This document shows, one piece after another, positions 26,350 through 39,010 of a DNA stretch of 64,000 nt. Every line of letters begins with the position of its first letter. Positions within the stretch are counted from its first letter, which is position 1. Origin of the DNA: Octopus sinensis (taxonomy: Eukaryota). Made by a program: the position numbers and the translations under genes. The notes beneath the pieces are model-generated. The model made no database searches, was not told the origin of the DNA, and saw nothing but the letters and a program-made list of their open reading frames with translations. The stretch is from NCBI RefSeq assembly GCF_006345805.1, contig NC_043001.1, forward strand, positions 4,526,001 through 4,590,000, read 5' to 3'.

Positions 26350-26560
26350 TGGCGGCAAGCTAGCAGAAACATTTAGCATACCGTGTGACATGCTTAGCAT
26401 TATTTCGTCCGTCTTTATATTCTGAGTTCAAAATCAGCCGAGATCGACTTTACCTTTGAACCTTTCGGAGTCAATTAATTAAGTCCCAGTTACCTAGGGG
26501 TCGATCTAGTTAACTGGCCTCTTCCCACAAAATTTTAGGCTTTATGCCTAGAGTAGAAGA
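26350..26560 (+). mobile_element. Degenerate SINE related to family B
   Basis: ggcggcaagctagcagaaac...ttctgagttcaaaatcagccgagatcgactttacctttgaacctttcggagtc. Confidence 0.65.
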
Positions 26561-26916
26561 GAATATATCACTGAATGAAATCTGTGTTTTGCAGACCTAC
26601 CTATATAGTATCTGTCTCTCACCACCGCCACACATGCACGGACATCTGAAAGTATGTTCCTGAGATTGTGCGCAGATGCGAACATAGATAAATTTCTAAA
26701 CGTACACCTATATGTGTGTCTAGACACAATGATATCTCTTAAACTTTTTCTGCACATACATACGCACACTCACGCATACTCACAAACGACACCCACCATA
26801 TATTTATATATATATATATATGTATGTATATAAATTCAGGGTGAATACTTGTTAAATGTAAGCACCTGTATATGCCAGCTAGTAGCAGGGGTGAGATGAT
26901 ATATGTATCAAATGAA

Positions 26917-26988
<72 letters not shown>

Positions 26989-26994
<6 letters not shown>

Positions 26995-28031
26995 GTAAAA
27001 AGTGAAAAACTACAGAAGGCTTAAAGGTTAAAATATATATATATATTGCGTCAATATGTCTGAAGAATATTAAATTTTTTTTTCCTTACAATGACATAGT
27101 TTAGAAGAAAGACCTGTTTCGCGTTTAGATTTTCAAATTTCTTGCGACGTTATGTTTATGTTGAATAGAGTTATCGTTATGTTTATGTTTAAAAGAGTTC
27201 TAAATAAGGGGAGGTAATGAGTGATTTCTTCCGGTGTAAGGGAGATAATCGCTTAATTTTTTTTCCTTTCCCTTGGTGTGAATTTCTCTGTATCAGTATG
27301 TTGGTATGGTTAAGTCTGGGCTTGTACTTTTCAATGAAGAATGTTTCCTTGTTTAGTCTAATTTGTGTTGATGATCCGATAGCACATTGGTGAAATGGAA
27401 AGATTAAAAATTGTGGTAGTAGTTGCTTTGCGCATTTCTCAATGTGCTCACTAAAAGGTATCATTCTCTATTCTGGGAATGCAATCTGTTGTCGATGCAG
27501 TGTGTATCTACGTCTGAGTGATAGTCCCGTGGATCCCGCGTAGTCTTGGTGGCAGCCCGAGCATTTTATGACATAAATTATGTTTTCAGAGGCACAAATA
27601 AAGTTAGATTTGATCTTGAATTTCTGTCCCTCTTTAAACAGGACTTCTGATCCTTCTAGCAGGTTTGGACATGTTGCACAGTTCGATCTACCTCATTTTT
27701 TTACTTTTGCATCCGTAATTTCAGAAAACAATTTTGCCTTTGTGAGAATCTTTTAAGTGATTTAGGTTGTTTGTAGGTTTTAATGATTTGTATATGTTTA
27801 GAATTTCCTTTAAGTGGGGTCCTTATGAAGGACCCTCTTTTAAACATAAACATAACGATAACTCTATTCAACATAAACATAACATCGCAAGTAATTTGAA
27901 AAGCTAAACGCGAAACCGGTCTTTCTTCTAAACAGTCACTGTAAGGAAAAAAAAAATTAATATTCTTCAGACATATTGACGCAAATGTAACCTTTAAGCC
28001 TTCTGTAGGTTTTTTCACTTTTTACTATTTT
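26989..28031 (-). mobile_element. Penelope-like element 3' fragment (GIY-YIG, Neptune-like Cys linker) with inverted terminal repeat, copy 1
   Basis: Minus strand GRSNCATCPNL...FICASENIIYVIKCSGCHQDYAGST...EKYKPRLN; arms 26989-27197 and 27835-28031 are inverted. Confidence 0.88.
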
Positions 28032-28271
28032 CTATATATTCAACCACGTTCTTTCACAAACCAACTTTCCTATCTATCTCTATATATATATACATATATT
28101 TATATATATATATATATATATACATATATTTATATATATATATATATGTATGTATATAAATTCAGGGTGAATACTTGTTAAATGTAAGCACCTGTATATG
28201 CCAGCTAGTAGCAGGGGTGAGATGATATATGTATCAAATGAAATAAATATATATATATATGTATATATATA

Positions 28272-28322
<51 letters not shown>

Positions 28323-28328
<6 letters not shown>

Positions 28329-29366
28329 GTAAAAAGTGAAAAACTACAGAAGGCTTAAAGGTTAAAACTATATATATATTTGCGTCAATATGTCTGAAGA
28401 ATATTAAATTTTTTTTTCCTTACAATGACATAGTTTAGAAGAAAGACCTGTTTCGCGTTTAGATTTTCAAATTTCTTGCGACGTTATGTTTATGTTGAAT
28501 AGAGTTATCGTTATGTTTATGTTTAAAAGAGTTCTAAATAAGGGGAGGTAATGAGTGATTTCTTCCGGTGTAAGGGAGATAATCGCTTAATTTTTTTTCC
28601 TTTCCCTTGGTGTGAATTTCTCTGTATCAGTATGTTGGTATGGTTAAGTCTGGGCTTGTACTTTTCAATGAAGAATGTTTCCTTGTTTAGTCTAATTTGT
28701 GTTGATGATCCGATAGCACATTGGTGAAATGGAAAGATTAAAAATTGTGGTAGTAGTTGCTTTGCGCATTTCTCAATGTGCTCACTAAAAGGTATCATTC
28801 TCTATTCTGGGAATGCAATCTGTGTCGATGCAGTGTGTATCTACGTCTGAGTGATAGTCCCGTGGATTCCGCGTAGTCTTGGTGGCAGCCCGAGCATTTT
28901 ATGACATAAATTATGTTTTCAGAGGCACAAATAAAGTTAGATTTGATCTTGAATTTCTGTCCCTCTTTAAACAGGACTTCTGATCCTTCTAGCAGGTTTG
29001 GACATGTTGCACAGTTCGATCTACCTCATTTTTTTACTTTTGCATCCGTAATTTCAGAAAACAATTTTGCCTTTGTGAGAATCTTTTAAAGTGATTTAGG
29101 TTGTTTGTAGGTTTTAATGATTTGGTATATGTTTAGAATTTCCTTTAAGTGGGGTCCTTATGAAGGACCCTCTTTTAAACATAAACATAACGATAACTCT
29201 ATTCAACATAAACATAACATCGCAAGTAATTTGAAAAGCTAAACGCGAAACCGGTCTTTCTTCTAAACAGTCACTGTAAGGAAAAAAAAAAATTAATATT
29301 CTTCAGACATATTGACGCAAATGTAACCTTTAAGCCTTCTGTAGTTTTTTCACTTTTTACTATTTT
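28323..29366 (-). mobile_element. Penelope-like element 3' fragment, copy 2
   Basis: Duplicate of 26989-28031. Confidence 0.85.
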
Positions 29367-29438
29367 CTATATATTCAACCACGTTCTTTCACAAACCAAC
29401 TTTCCTATCTATCTCTATATATATATACATATCTATAC

Positions 29439-29508
<70 letters not shown>

Positions 29509-30914
29509 TATACATATATTATATATATTCATGCGTTTGTGCATGATTGTGTGTGTGTTTTTGTGTGTATTTTCTTCTTCAAGTATTAGAACTTTTATCT
29601 CTTTTTAAATTTAACTGTTTTAGATAAAGAACAATTTTGCGGCCGAAAAGATTTACTTTCACCATCATTATTATGGAATTAATCCAAGAATAGTAACCAA
29701 CTGAACGTTTTCCTGCTCAGTTAAAAATAGTAAATAGCTGTATTCTTTGCTTTTTTTAATATTTAGTTTTTTTGTAATTACTTAAGATGCATAGCTTATT
29801 CTTCAACAAGGAGAAAGAGAGAAAATAACCTTTAAGGAAATATATTTATGTAAGAACGTAGGAATAAATCCATAAGCATACTCGATTTCATAAGACTGAA
29901 TATTAATAAACGCATTTGTCAACGCCCACAGAAGCAATCGGATAGAACGCTTGGAAACGCATCATACATACGGATATGTATGAATATGTATTGAATTTAT
30001 AGAACAACATGAAGGATGTATACTTCATAAACAGATTGCTTAATACGTAGTCATGGATACCTACAAACAATTATTTCGATTATTTTCCTCATCATTTTTT
30101 TGTCTCTGACCTTGAATTTGGACAGTGATATGAATATTGTTGAATGTCAGTAAATATTATATCTACAGTTAATAGATGCGATAGCATGATATCTGCTTAA
30201 AAGAAATAGCGAAATCATTGATGTGTGACGATTTAACCGGTAACATACGACATGATTAGTTGAACAGACCGTCGTTCTTACAGTTTATTCCAAGGAAAAT
30301 TATCTGAAATCGTTGATTGAATTATAAATGTAAGCTAAAAATGTATTTCCCTAAGCTGCCATACGGTGGGGGGTCAAATATACGTACTTCTTATGGTTGA
30401 AATTTCTATGCAACGTAAGACCGTTCTTGTTGAAGTCCATGCAACTTAACTTTAATTGATATATTGACTAACATACCATCATATACTCAAAACACACGTG
30501 TATATACGCACACAGATACGCGCACGTCACCCTCCTCACATAGACACACATACCCATATATGTATATATATAGGCACACGCACATATATATATATACAAA
30601 CATATACATACATATATATATATAAATTCGGACAGAACTTTTAACTTATGGGATGAACTGATATATATATGTGTGTGGGTGTGTGCGTGTGGGTGTGAGT
30701 GTGTGTATGTGAGTGTGTGAGTGCGTGTGTACGTGTGTGTGTGTGTGTTTGTGTGTGTGTCTGTGTATACTAGTACCCTCATATGTCTTCCATATGTTCC
30801 GTTATTTTGTCTTTCAAAAACAAATTTTCATTTAAGTAATTGAAACAAATATTTTAGATTTAGGGTCAAAATGACGCATTTTGGTTTGTAAAATAAGAGA
30901 CCGCACGTTGCTTG

Positions 30915-31530
30915 AAATTGAAGCGAGCTACTGCCATCTCTAGTAGACGATGTATCTAGTACTTGAGAGGGCAGGAATAGCCCGAAACCAGGACTGGTCT
31001 ACTGGTCCCGTCGCTATCATGTGTTCGGGGTTCACTTCCATGCTTGCAATATCTTGAATGCAGCTGTATTTCGTTAACTATCTGGTGGAGATATTGTCTT
31101 GGGGTTCAAAAACGCAGTAAAATTCGTTCGAACAGACAACCATGTTGAAGTGGCTACGGATAATTCTTGTTATTACAACTACTTCATTTATCTCTTAGGG
31201 AGATTTTAGAACTAGTAATTTTGCTAGTTGTAAAATCAGTGAGTTGACATAATAACTGTTGTGAGCAGAAGCGAGCTACAAATATCTCTAGCGAACAAGA
31301 TGTCTAGTAGTGAAGAGAGGAAGAAATATTCCGAAAGTAGGCTGCTGGTCTGTTCGTCCCATCACTAGCAAGTGGTCGTAGTTCGCTCAGCAGCTTGCAA
31401 TATCTCCAATGCAGCTCTCCAACGTTAACTAGCTAGAGGAGATATCGTCTTGAGAAGAAAACTATTTACAGTAAACTCCGTTCCAACGGAGAGACATGTT
31501 GACGTGGCTATGAATAATACTTCTCTCGTC
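30915..31530 (+). mobile_element. Diverged tandem dimer (348-bp period) of a hammerhead-bearing unit, retrozyme-like
   Basis: gaagcgagctac at 30920 and 31268; hammerhead-like motifs at 30956-31005 and 31304-31356. Confidence 0.65.
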
Positions 31531-33042
31531 CTAAATTTCCTTTCGTAGTATCCCTACTTCCTCTCTTCCTAACTCTCGCCTTACATTTAATTGTATATTT
31601 TCTCCCTGCCTGTGTCTCCACCGGACACTTTAATTGCCGGCAAACATTTTCTTCTGTCTCAAAATTTCTCTGTTTAGATCCATTCAGGATTTCTTTTAGG
31701 CGTCACCCATCGCCCTCGTGTTTGGCCGAAAGTCTTTCGATAGTGTGTCTTCGTCTATCGTTTCAAATTACATTTGTTTACTTACTTATGTCTATCCTAT
31801 TTTATCTTGTTTGCCAGAGCCCTAATTCTACACAAATATTGCAGGTGCCGCCGGTGTACGGAGTACTCAGCCTTATTGTTAAAGGAACGAAACTAAGTAT
31901 TTGTATTTTTGATCGATAATTGATGAAGAATCAGGGTATTTGTGTGGGTTTCCTACGTGTTCGTTTAATAGCATTTAATGCATTCACACACACACACACG
32001 TACACACACGCGCACGCACATACGCACATACACACTTACACATATACATGTACATATTTACGTATGTATACACTCTGTTACTTTAGGTGGTGTTGGTTTC
32101 AAAACCTCACGTACTTATTATTTTCTGTCCTATGTATTCAACTCCTGCAGATAAACCTTTTAATACTTCCACGCAAGATCCCGCGATATATCGATGAAGC
32201 GAAATCTAAATTGAATCACGGCTCTGTCAGCATTCACAGTCTTTTTGATCATTTTTTTAACTGACTGAAACAAATGAAATTACAGGCCGTCATGCATGAC
32301 ATAAGGCGCTGCCTGTGAAGGGAATCGAACCAAGATATCGAAATACTACGACCTCATGCACATTCACACGCAGTCATTCACTCACACGCATATACACAGA
32401 CTCACAAACGCACGCACAAACACACTGTTAATGTGTGTACGTTTGTATGTGTGGAAATATGTGTAAGCGTAGCATTGTGTATCTCCTACTTCACTTTTCA
32501 TTTAAGTGTTTGTTTAAGAAATCATTCCAGTATTCATTAACGAAATCATGTTGTAAGGAACTCGAGCACTAGAAAGCAGAGAGTTGTCTCAGTAAGAGAT
32601 GAATAATCTTTTGCATTGCAGGTGGATTAGCGGAATCATGACTTCTGTGTTACAAGTACGTCATCAGTACTAAGTCACCACTATCCAATGTATGTCTAAA
32701 CAAAATTTAGCCGAAACAGTTCGTGATCTACCTCAACCAAATGCATGCACGAATGTGATTTAAATTGAAGTCATTTTCTCATAATTGACGACCAGACGGA
32801 ATCTAAATGCAGACATGTATGAAATAAACAATTTAACCAGCTATTGTTTGTAGTTTGTACTGCATGAATACATGTGTAGATAATTCCTGCTGTTCAGATA
32901 CATACATATATAATATATATATACATAATTGGTCCTATATAAAGGCATGTATAGATAAATGGTATTAGATAAATGCATGTGAAGATGATAATGAGTATGA
33001 TGAAGCGTGATGTCATACTGAGAGGATACGAAATGTATTATT

Positions 33043-33252
33043 CTCTTTTACTCTTTTACTTGTTTCAGTGATTTGACAGCGGCCATGCTGGAGCATCGCC
33101 TTTAGTCGAGCAAACCGAACCCAGGACTTATTATTTGTAAGCCTAGCTTTTATTCTATCGATCTCTTTTGCCGAATCGCTAAGTTACAGGGACGTAAACA
33201 CACCAGCATCGGTTGTCAAGCGATGTTCGTGGGAACAAATACAGACACACAA

Positions 33253-33310
<58 letters not shown>

Positions 33311-33493
33311 TATATATATATATATATAGTGAGAGTTTACGAAAAAAACAAACGACGAAGACAGGTGGTGCACAAAACCAGCAGATGTATTAGTATAACG
33401 CTCAGGAATAGAAAATGTCTTTTACGTTTCGAGCCTACGCTCTTCTACACAAAAGGACACAGAAAAAACAAGGAGAGAAAATATCATGGCGAC

Positions 33494-33563
<70 letters not shown>

Positions 33564-33703
33564 TACGACGGGATTCTTTCAGTTTCCGTCTACCACAAGG
33601 CATTGGTCGGCCCGAGGCAATAGTAGAAGACACTTGCCCAAGGTGATACGCATTGGGAATAAACCCGTAACCATGTGGTTCGTAAGCAAGCCACTCCTAC
33701 GCC
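33043..33703 (-). mobile_element. SINE family A copy with nested H1 element (33330-33492) in its microsatellite
   Basis: 3' half at 33043-33260 and 5' head at 33565-33703 on the minus strand; between them lies (TA)n-H1-(TA)n. Confidence 0.88.
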
Positions 33704-34825
33704 TAAGTATTATCACATGTGATTGGGAAACAACCGAGACAGAAACAACGGGTAAGAGCACTGACAGACACCCGGCGTAGCAATGAATTTTAGCGTATAT
33801 ATGTGTATGCGTGCGGGTATGTCTTCGTGTTTTGTTCCCATGTCAACCGGTTTCTTTTTATGCCCAGATAACTCAAGTGTTCACCGAAAGAAGACGAACT
33901 TAAACGTACCGATTGGACTCGATTTATTCAATTAAATACTTTAGTGCGGTGCTCCAGTATGGACGGAAACCATGAATGATACAAATAAATTAGATGTAAT
34001 GAGTTAAATGACATATACTTATGCATGGGTGACTGTCCCTTAGTGTGTGCGTGTGTGTTTGTGTGTGTGTTTGTGTGTGTATGTGTGTGTGTGTGTGCGT
34101 TTTTGAGTGTGTGTGTGTGTGTGTGTGTGTGATATTTTATTGTCTTTGTGAATTGCTCCCAAGAACGTCCATGTGGATTTCGGGAAGAAGTGGTGCTATG
34201 CGATACAGACGAAACGCTGACACGTTTTCTCTCTGTTTGCGTGGCGGTCAGCGATTATTTTTGTCATTATTGTTTTCCGCGCGAGACTGAGCTGTTTTTA
34301 ATTCGACTCACCATGATTCCTGTAAAACCTAGAAGCTGATGACAAACCTCATTTGTCTTCATTTAGCGATCTACAAATTAGTTGTTCGACGTTGGAAACA
34401 ACGTCCCTCGACGTGTAAGTAGAACGTCCATAAATAAGAAGTGAAACGTAATGATTTCGTCCGGTAACAAGGATGAAAGGTCGCAAAATGTATGTCTCAA
34501 ATAATCCGGTGAAAAATCGGATGAGGTTTACAAGAATTTATTTCTATGCATATTTGTGGGTATGCATGGGTCTCAGTGTTGCTAGATTCGTTCGTCTAGT
34601 AATGAACTTTATCCGTCTTTTGTGCATAATACAGGTGAGTTGACTTCAAGTCCTCGTGAATGAATACATTGTTGCCTATACCAATGCATAATATAACGAT
34701 TTTCATGAGATTGAATCCATATGAAACAATTATGTATTAATATAAGTCAAGAACTTGATCACTAGATTCTCTATGAACGAAAATGCACATACACACACGT
34801 GCACAGATTTATATATATATATCTA

Positions 34826-34885
<60 letters not shown>

Positions 34886-35186
34886 GTATAGTTAGAGGGG
34901 TGAAGCCCTCAAAGCGATAGAAGTATCCAGAGGCACTCCTGGTAATCACACCCGTAAGTATGGTCCTTGTTATAAGGTATACGGGTGCAGTAAATTTAAA
35001 AAGGTAAACAGTTATTTAATGCATATATATAGACGATAAGAAAATGGAGAAAAAAGCCATGCTACAAAGCCATTATTTAATTGGTTAAGCAGAATGGCTT
35101 TTTTAGCACCAACGATACACTTCTATTTGTTGTTTTACATCCAATTTCTTATCGTCTATATCGTCTATATATATCGTATATATATA

Positions 35187-35263
<77 letters not shown>

Positions 35264-35314
35264 GTTTAAATATTTGTTGTGCAAGATTTTTTATGTGAAG
35301 TCATGTGTTGAAAC

Positions 35315-35536
35315 ATATATTGTTATATTTCGGAATGGTGATATTGCCAGTTTAGCCAATAAGAAAGAAGAAAACAAAGGACCACTGATGCGGTCACAGG
35401 AGTGTGTCGAAAGAACTCTGGCCGAAAAAGATTAAGATCAATGTAAAAAATAAATAACAGTGAAGCAAAATAACACCAAATATATAGTGCGTGTGTTTTT
35501 ATTGGCTAAACTGGCAATATGAACATTCCGAAATAT

Positions 35537-35546
<10 letters not shown>
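35315..35546 (+). mobile_element. PLE-type fragment with 48-bp inverted arms and a degenerate hammerhead (35382-35421)
   Basis: 35315-35362 is the reverse complement of 35499-35546 (2 mismatches); cca-CUGAUGC-G GUCACA ggag UGUGUC-GAAA-GAAC-UC-ugg. Confidence 0.6.
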
Positions 35547-35589
<43 letters not shown>

Positions 35590-35996
35590 TGCGTGTGTGT
35601 ATGTATATGAATGTATGTATGCATATATATATATATGTGTGTATATACACATACATTCATATACATACACCAAACACACGCACACACACACACAAACACA
35701 CACATATATATATATATATATAGGATCTACTGAAGACATGTGCTACTATCAGTTTCCTCTGATGAGAGCATGCCAGATAGTATCTTTGAACGCGTCGGGT
35801 GTCCTAGTACTAGCATGAAGATTATGCTGAGGCACCAGCCCCGCATTAACAATGCAGTCTGGTTTGCTGTCATCATATAGAACTAATAGGAACACTAAAC
35901 ACGTATATTACTTTTTAAAAAATAACACTTGCCTCTCTGCAGGTAGAGTAATTTTATGTTGATGTTACCATCACCGAACAGTACATTATATATATA

Positions 35997-36747
35997 TACG
36001 AGGGAACACCCAAAAGAAAACTGGATTTTGCAACATTATTTCATTCAGATATTTTTAAATGTTTCCAGTTATATTGCGTTGAAAGTATTCTCCTTTTGAA
36101 TCAACGTAACGGTCCAGACACCTTTTCCACCGTTCGAATTAGTCCTGGAATTCTTGCGAAGAGAGACCTTTTAATGCCTCCATTGTACTCTTTTTTTCTT
36201 AACCTCTTCCACATCTACAAATTCTGTGGCACTAGCTTTGTCACCAGTAATGACTTCTGAAAGATTGTATGGGTTAATTGTTACTTTTCTTTCAATCCAC
36301 GACAACGTGATCATTTGTGACTGCTTTTGATCTTCCGTGAGAAAACGAGATATATATTTTGATGCAACTCTTTCCATTTGCGATTCCTCGAACAAAATTC
36401 GTTAGCAGGAGCTTCAGGGCACTCCAGTTTTAGCAAAAACGTCGTCAATGTTTTGAAGCCTGACGACTGTCAGCTGACGTTTTCTCTAGCAGAACAAAAA
36501 AGAAAAAAAAAACAAATTTCACGGAAGTACGATGTTCCTTCGTTTAAGTACTCAAAGATAGCGACAAGAAGGGAAGAAGCACTGCAATACAGAGACGCTT
36601 TAGAGCGGTGCGACCTGAAACGAAGAATTCCGTCGGTAGATTGATGACTAAGGGTCGCATCGAGTGGATTGTAGCTGTGAAATTCTGGACAAACATGTAT
36701 TTTTTCCACAAAGAACGTTCCTGATTACTTTTGGATATCACCTAGTA
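35997..36747 (-). mobile_element. Mariner-type deletion derivative
   Basis: TA-cgagggaacacccaaaagaaaactgga versus rc TA-ctaggtgatatccaaaagtaatcagga; minus strand MERVASKYISRFLTEDQK and C-terminal KRCLDRYVDSKGEYF. Confidence 0.82.
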
Positions 36748-36849
36748 TACACACACACACACACATTTATGCATCTATATCTATTTTTCTGTCTGTCTGT
36801 CACTGTTTCTTTCTCTCTCTCTCTCTTTCTGATTCGCTAGCTTCTGCAC

Positions 36850-37030
36850 GCATTTTTCCCCTCCTTGTTTCTCTCCGCGTTTCTTTTCTGTGTATCTTTC
36901 TGTTGAAGAGCGTAGGCTCGAAACGTAAAAGACTTGTTTTATTGATATTCCTGAGCGCCATACTAATACAATTGTTTGTTTGTATTCCACCTGCCTTCGT
37001 CTTTTGTTTATTTTCATAAAGCTTCCCGTT
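36850..37030 (+). mobile_element. H1 repeat with hammerhead-like motif (36895-36932)
   Basis: ucuuu-CUGUUGAA-GAGC guag GCUC-GAAA-CG-UA-aaaga. Confidence 0.72.
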
Positions 37031-37296
37031 GACTGAATTATTGTGGGGCTGGCATGTTATGTGCCACCTTGAAAGAATTAGTCAAAAAAATCGAGTTCAT
37101 AATATATTTTCAAGAGATTGTACTTCCTCACTTTATGCCTTGGGCTATAAACAAACATGTGCCAAAAGAACACATACGCCTATGCGCACAATTACGTTTG
37201 ATCCACTGGGGGGGGGGGTAACTGCTGAGGAGATGGTGATCTTTGTTTGTTTCCCGTTTGTCTGTATATATCTATATCTATACATATTTATATATA

Positions 37297-37382
<86 letters not shown>

Positions 37383-37412
37383 TGTATGCATATACATATA
37401 CGTCATATATAT

Positions 37413-37503
<91 letters not shown>

Positions 37504-37524
37504 ATTAATTTATTTATTTATTAA

Positions 37525-37745
37525 AGGAAGGGAGAAAAATGACAATAGAAATACAGCAATGCGAGGATGTGGTACTTGTAAAGCATTGACAAGGCTTTCA
37601 GAGAAGGGAAGAAAGATAGTTTTACGTTTCGGTCAAAGCTCTTCTTCAGAAATAGGAGACAGAGGAAGGCCCTGGAGAAAAGAAAGATGGAGGTAAAAAA
37701 GAAAAACTCGCCGGAATCCACAAGTGGTTACCGAGTAGAGTGTAC
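37525..37745 (-). mobile_element. PLE-type short repeat H4 with canonical-core hammerhead motif (37621-37652)
   Basis: uuu-CUGAAGAA-GAGC uuu GACC-GAAA-CG-UA-aaa; stem II has two mismatches. Confidence 0.62.
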
Positions 37746-37769
37746 GTATTAACAGGCCTGTCATATATG

Positions 37770-38070
37770 GGATAGGTTCGTAGAACTCAACATCATGAGG
37801 TGATTTCATGCATCACACATGCTGTGTGTGCTGTTCCTGAGCAAAGCACTTCATTGCATGGCACTCCAGTTCCAGTTCATTCACATGTAAATGGGTAACC
37901 TATAAGTGAAATGGCTTTCTTACCGGGTCCGATATTGATCTCTTCCCTGAGCCAATAATGTGGTCTCTTTCGTAATATAAAACGTTGCTAAGTACCTGGT
38001 GTCCAGCAGCGTGTAACCACAGATAATAGTCTGGTTTATCAAGTGATCACGTGATATATATTTGCACGTG
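37770..38070 (+). mobile_element. Old degenerate SINE-like fragment
   Basis: cctgagcaaagcacttca...ctccagttc...tgtaaatgggtaacc resembles a conserved SINE central domain (by recollection). Confidence 0.35.
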
Positions 38071-38093
38071 CAAACACAAACATATATATATGC

Positions 38094-38142
<49 letters not shown>

Positions 38143-38149
<7 letters not shown>

Positions 38150-38359
38150 AAAGGAAATGAAGAAAATGCTGACAAATAATTAAAGTAATTTAAGTAATTT
38201 AATTAGGTGAAAGTTCTTTTTACCGGTTGCGCATTTGTTATGCTTATCAAAATATGTGCATAACAAATGCGCAACCGGTAAAAAGAACTTTCACCTAATT
38301 AAATTAATTAATTACTTCAATTATTTGTCAGCATTTTCTTCATTTCCTTTTTTATATAT
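38143..38359. repeat. About 100-bp fold-back palindrome, 14-nt loop
   Basis: 38143-38243 is roughly the reverse complement of 38258-38359. Confidence 0.92.
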
Positions 38360-38649
38360 CACCACTCGTGTTCGACATCTCCTTTTTTTAAATATATATA
38401 TATATACATTTATGTGCATGTGTGAGGGTATGTTTGTGCGCGTGGGTTTGTGTTGGTTGAGATCCCTGCGACGAATAACCAGAGGATGCTGAAGAAAATG
38501 GTGCGCATGAAAAATACTTGTTGATACCAGTAAGAACGGACGGTATCTTCTCTATTAAATTAAGTCTGAAAATTGCCATGGAAAATACTAAGCGGGATTA
38601 CAAATCCTTCTGATAACAATGAAGACGTCGGTGACGTTGTAGAAGAAAT

Positions 38650-38821
38650 CTTTGATGGTGGTGATGTTGGTGATGATGATGATAATGATGGTGATGGTGA
38701 TGGTGATGAGGAAATGATGATGATGATAATGATGATGTTGAAGGTGATAATGATGATGATGATGATGACGATGATGATGATGATGATGATGATGATGTTG
38801 ATGATGATGGTGATGATGGTG

Positions 38822-38853
<32 letters not shown>

Positions 38854-39010
38854 GATGTTCATGATGATGATGAGGATGATGATTGATAATGATGATGATG
38901 ATGAAGATGAAATTAAGAATGGGGAGGTAGAGAAGAAGGAGAATGATAGTGATGTAAATGATGATGAAGAGGAGGAGCAGAAACACGGTGTTGATGGCGA
39001 TGAAGATCAT
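38650..39010 (+). repeat. (GAT)n-rich microsatellite
   Basis: Direct inspection; source of the poly-Met, poly-Asp and poly-His ORFs. Confidence 0.92.

Larger units (their letters stand above)
26790..29430. repeat. Tandem duplication, unit about 1.33 kb
   Basis: Identical ORFs at 27189 and 28523 (offset 1334); the units differ mainly by single-base indels and microsatellite length. Confidence 0.95.

Noticed and set aside
27693-27695. In-frame TGA at an expected Cys (KK*GRSNCATC), suggesting selenocysteine as reported for some Naiad PLEs
   Set aside because: A single transversion explains it; the fragment has another stop and a frameshift, and no SECIS was identified. Revisit only if the family consensus keeps TGA.
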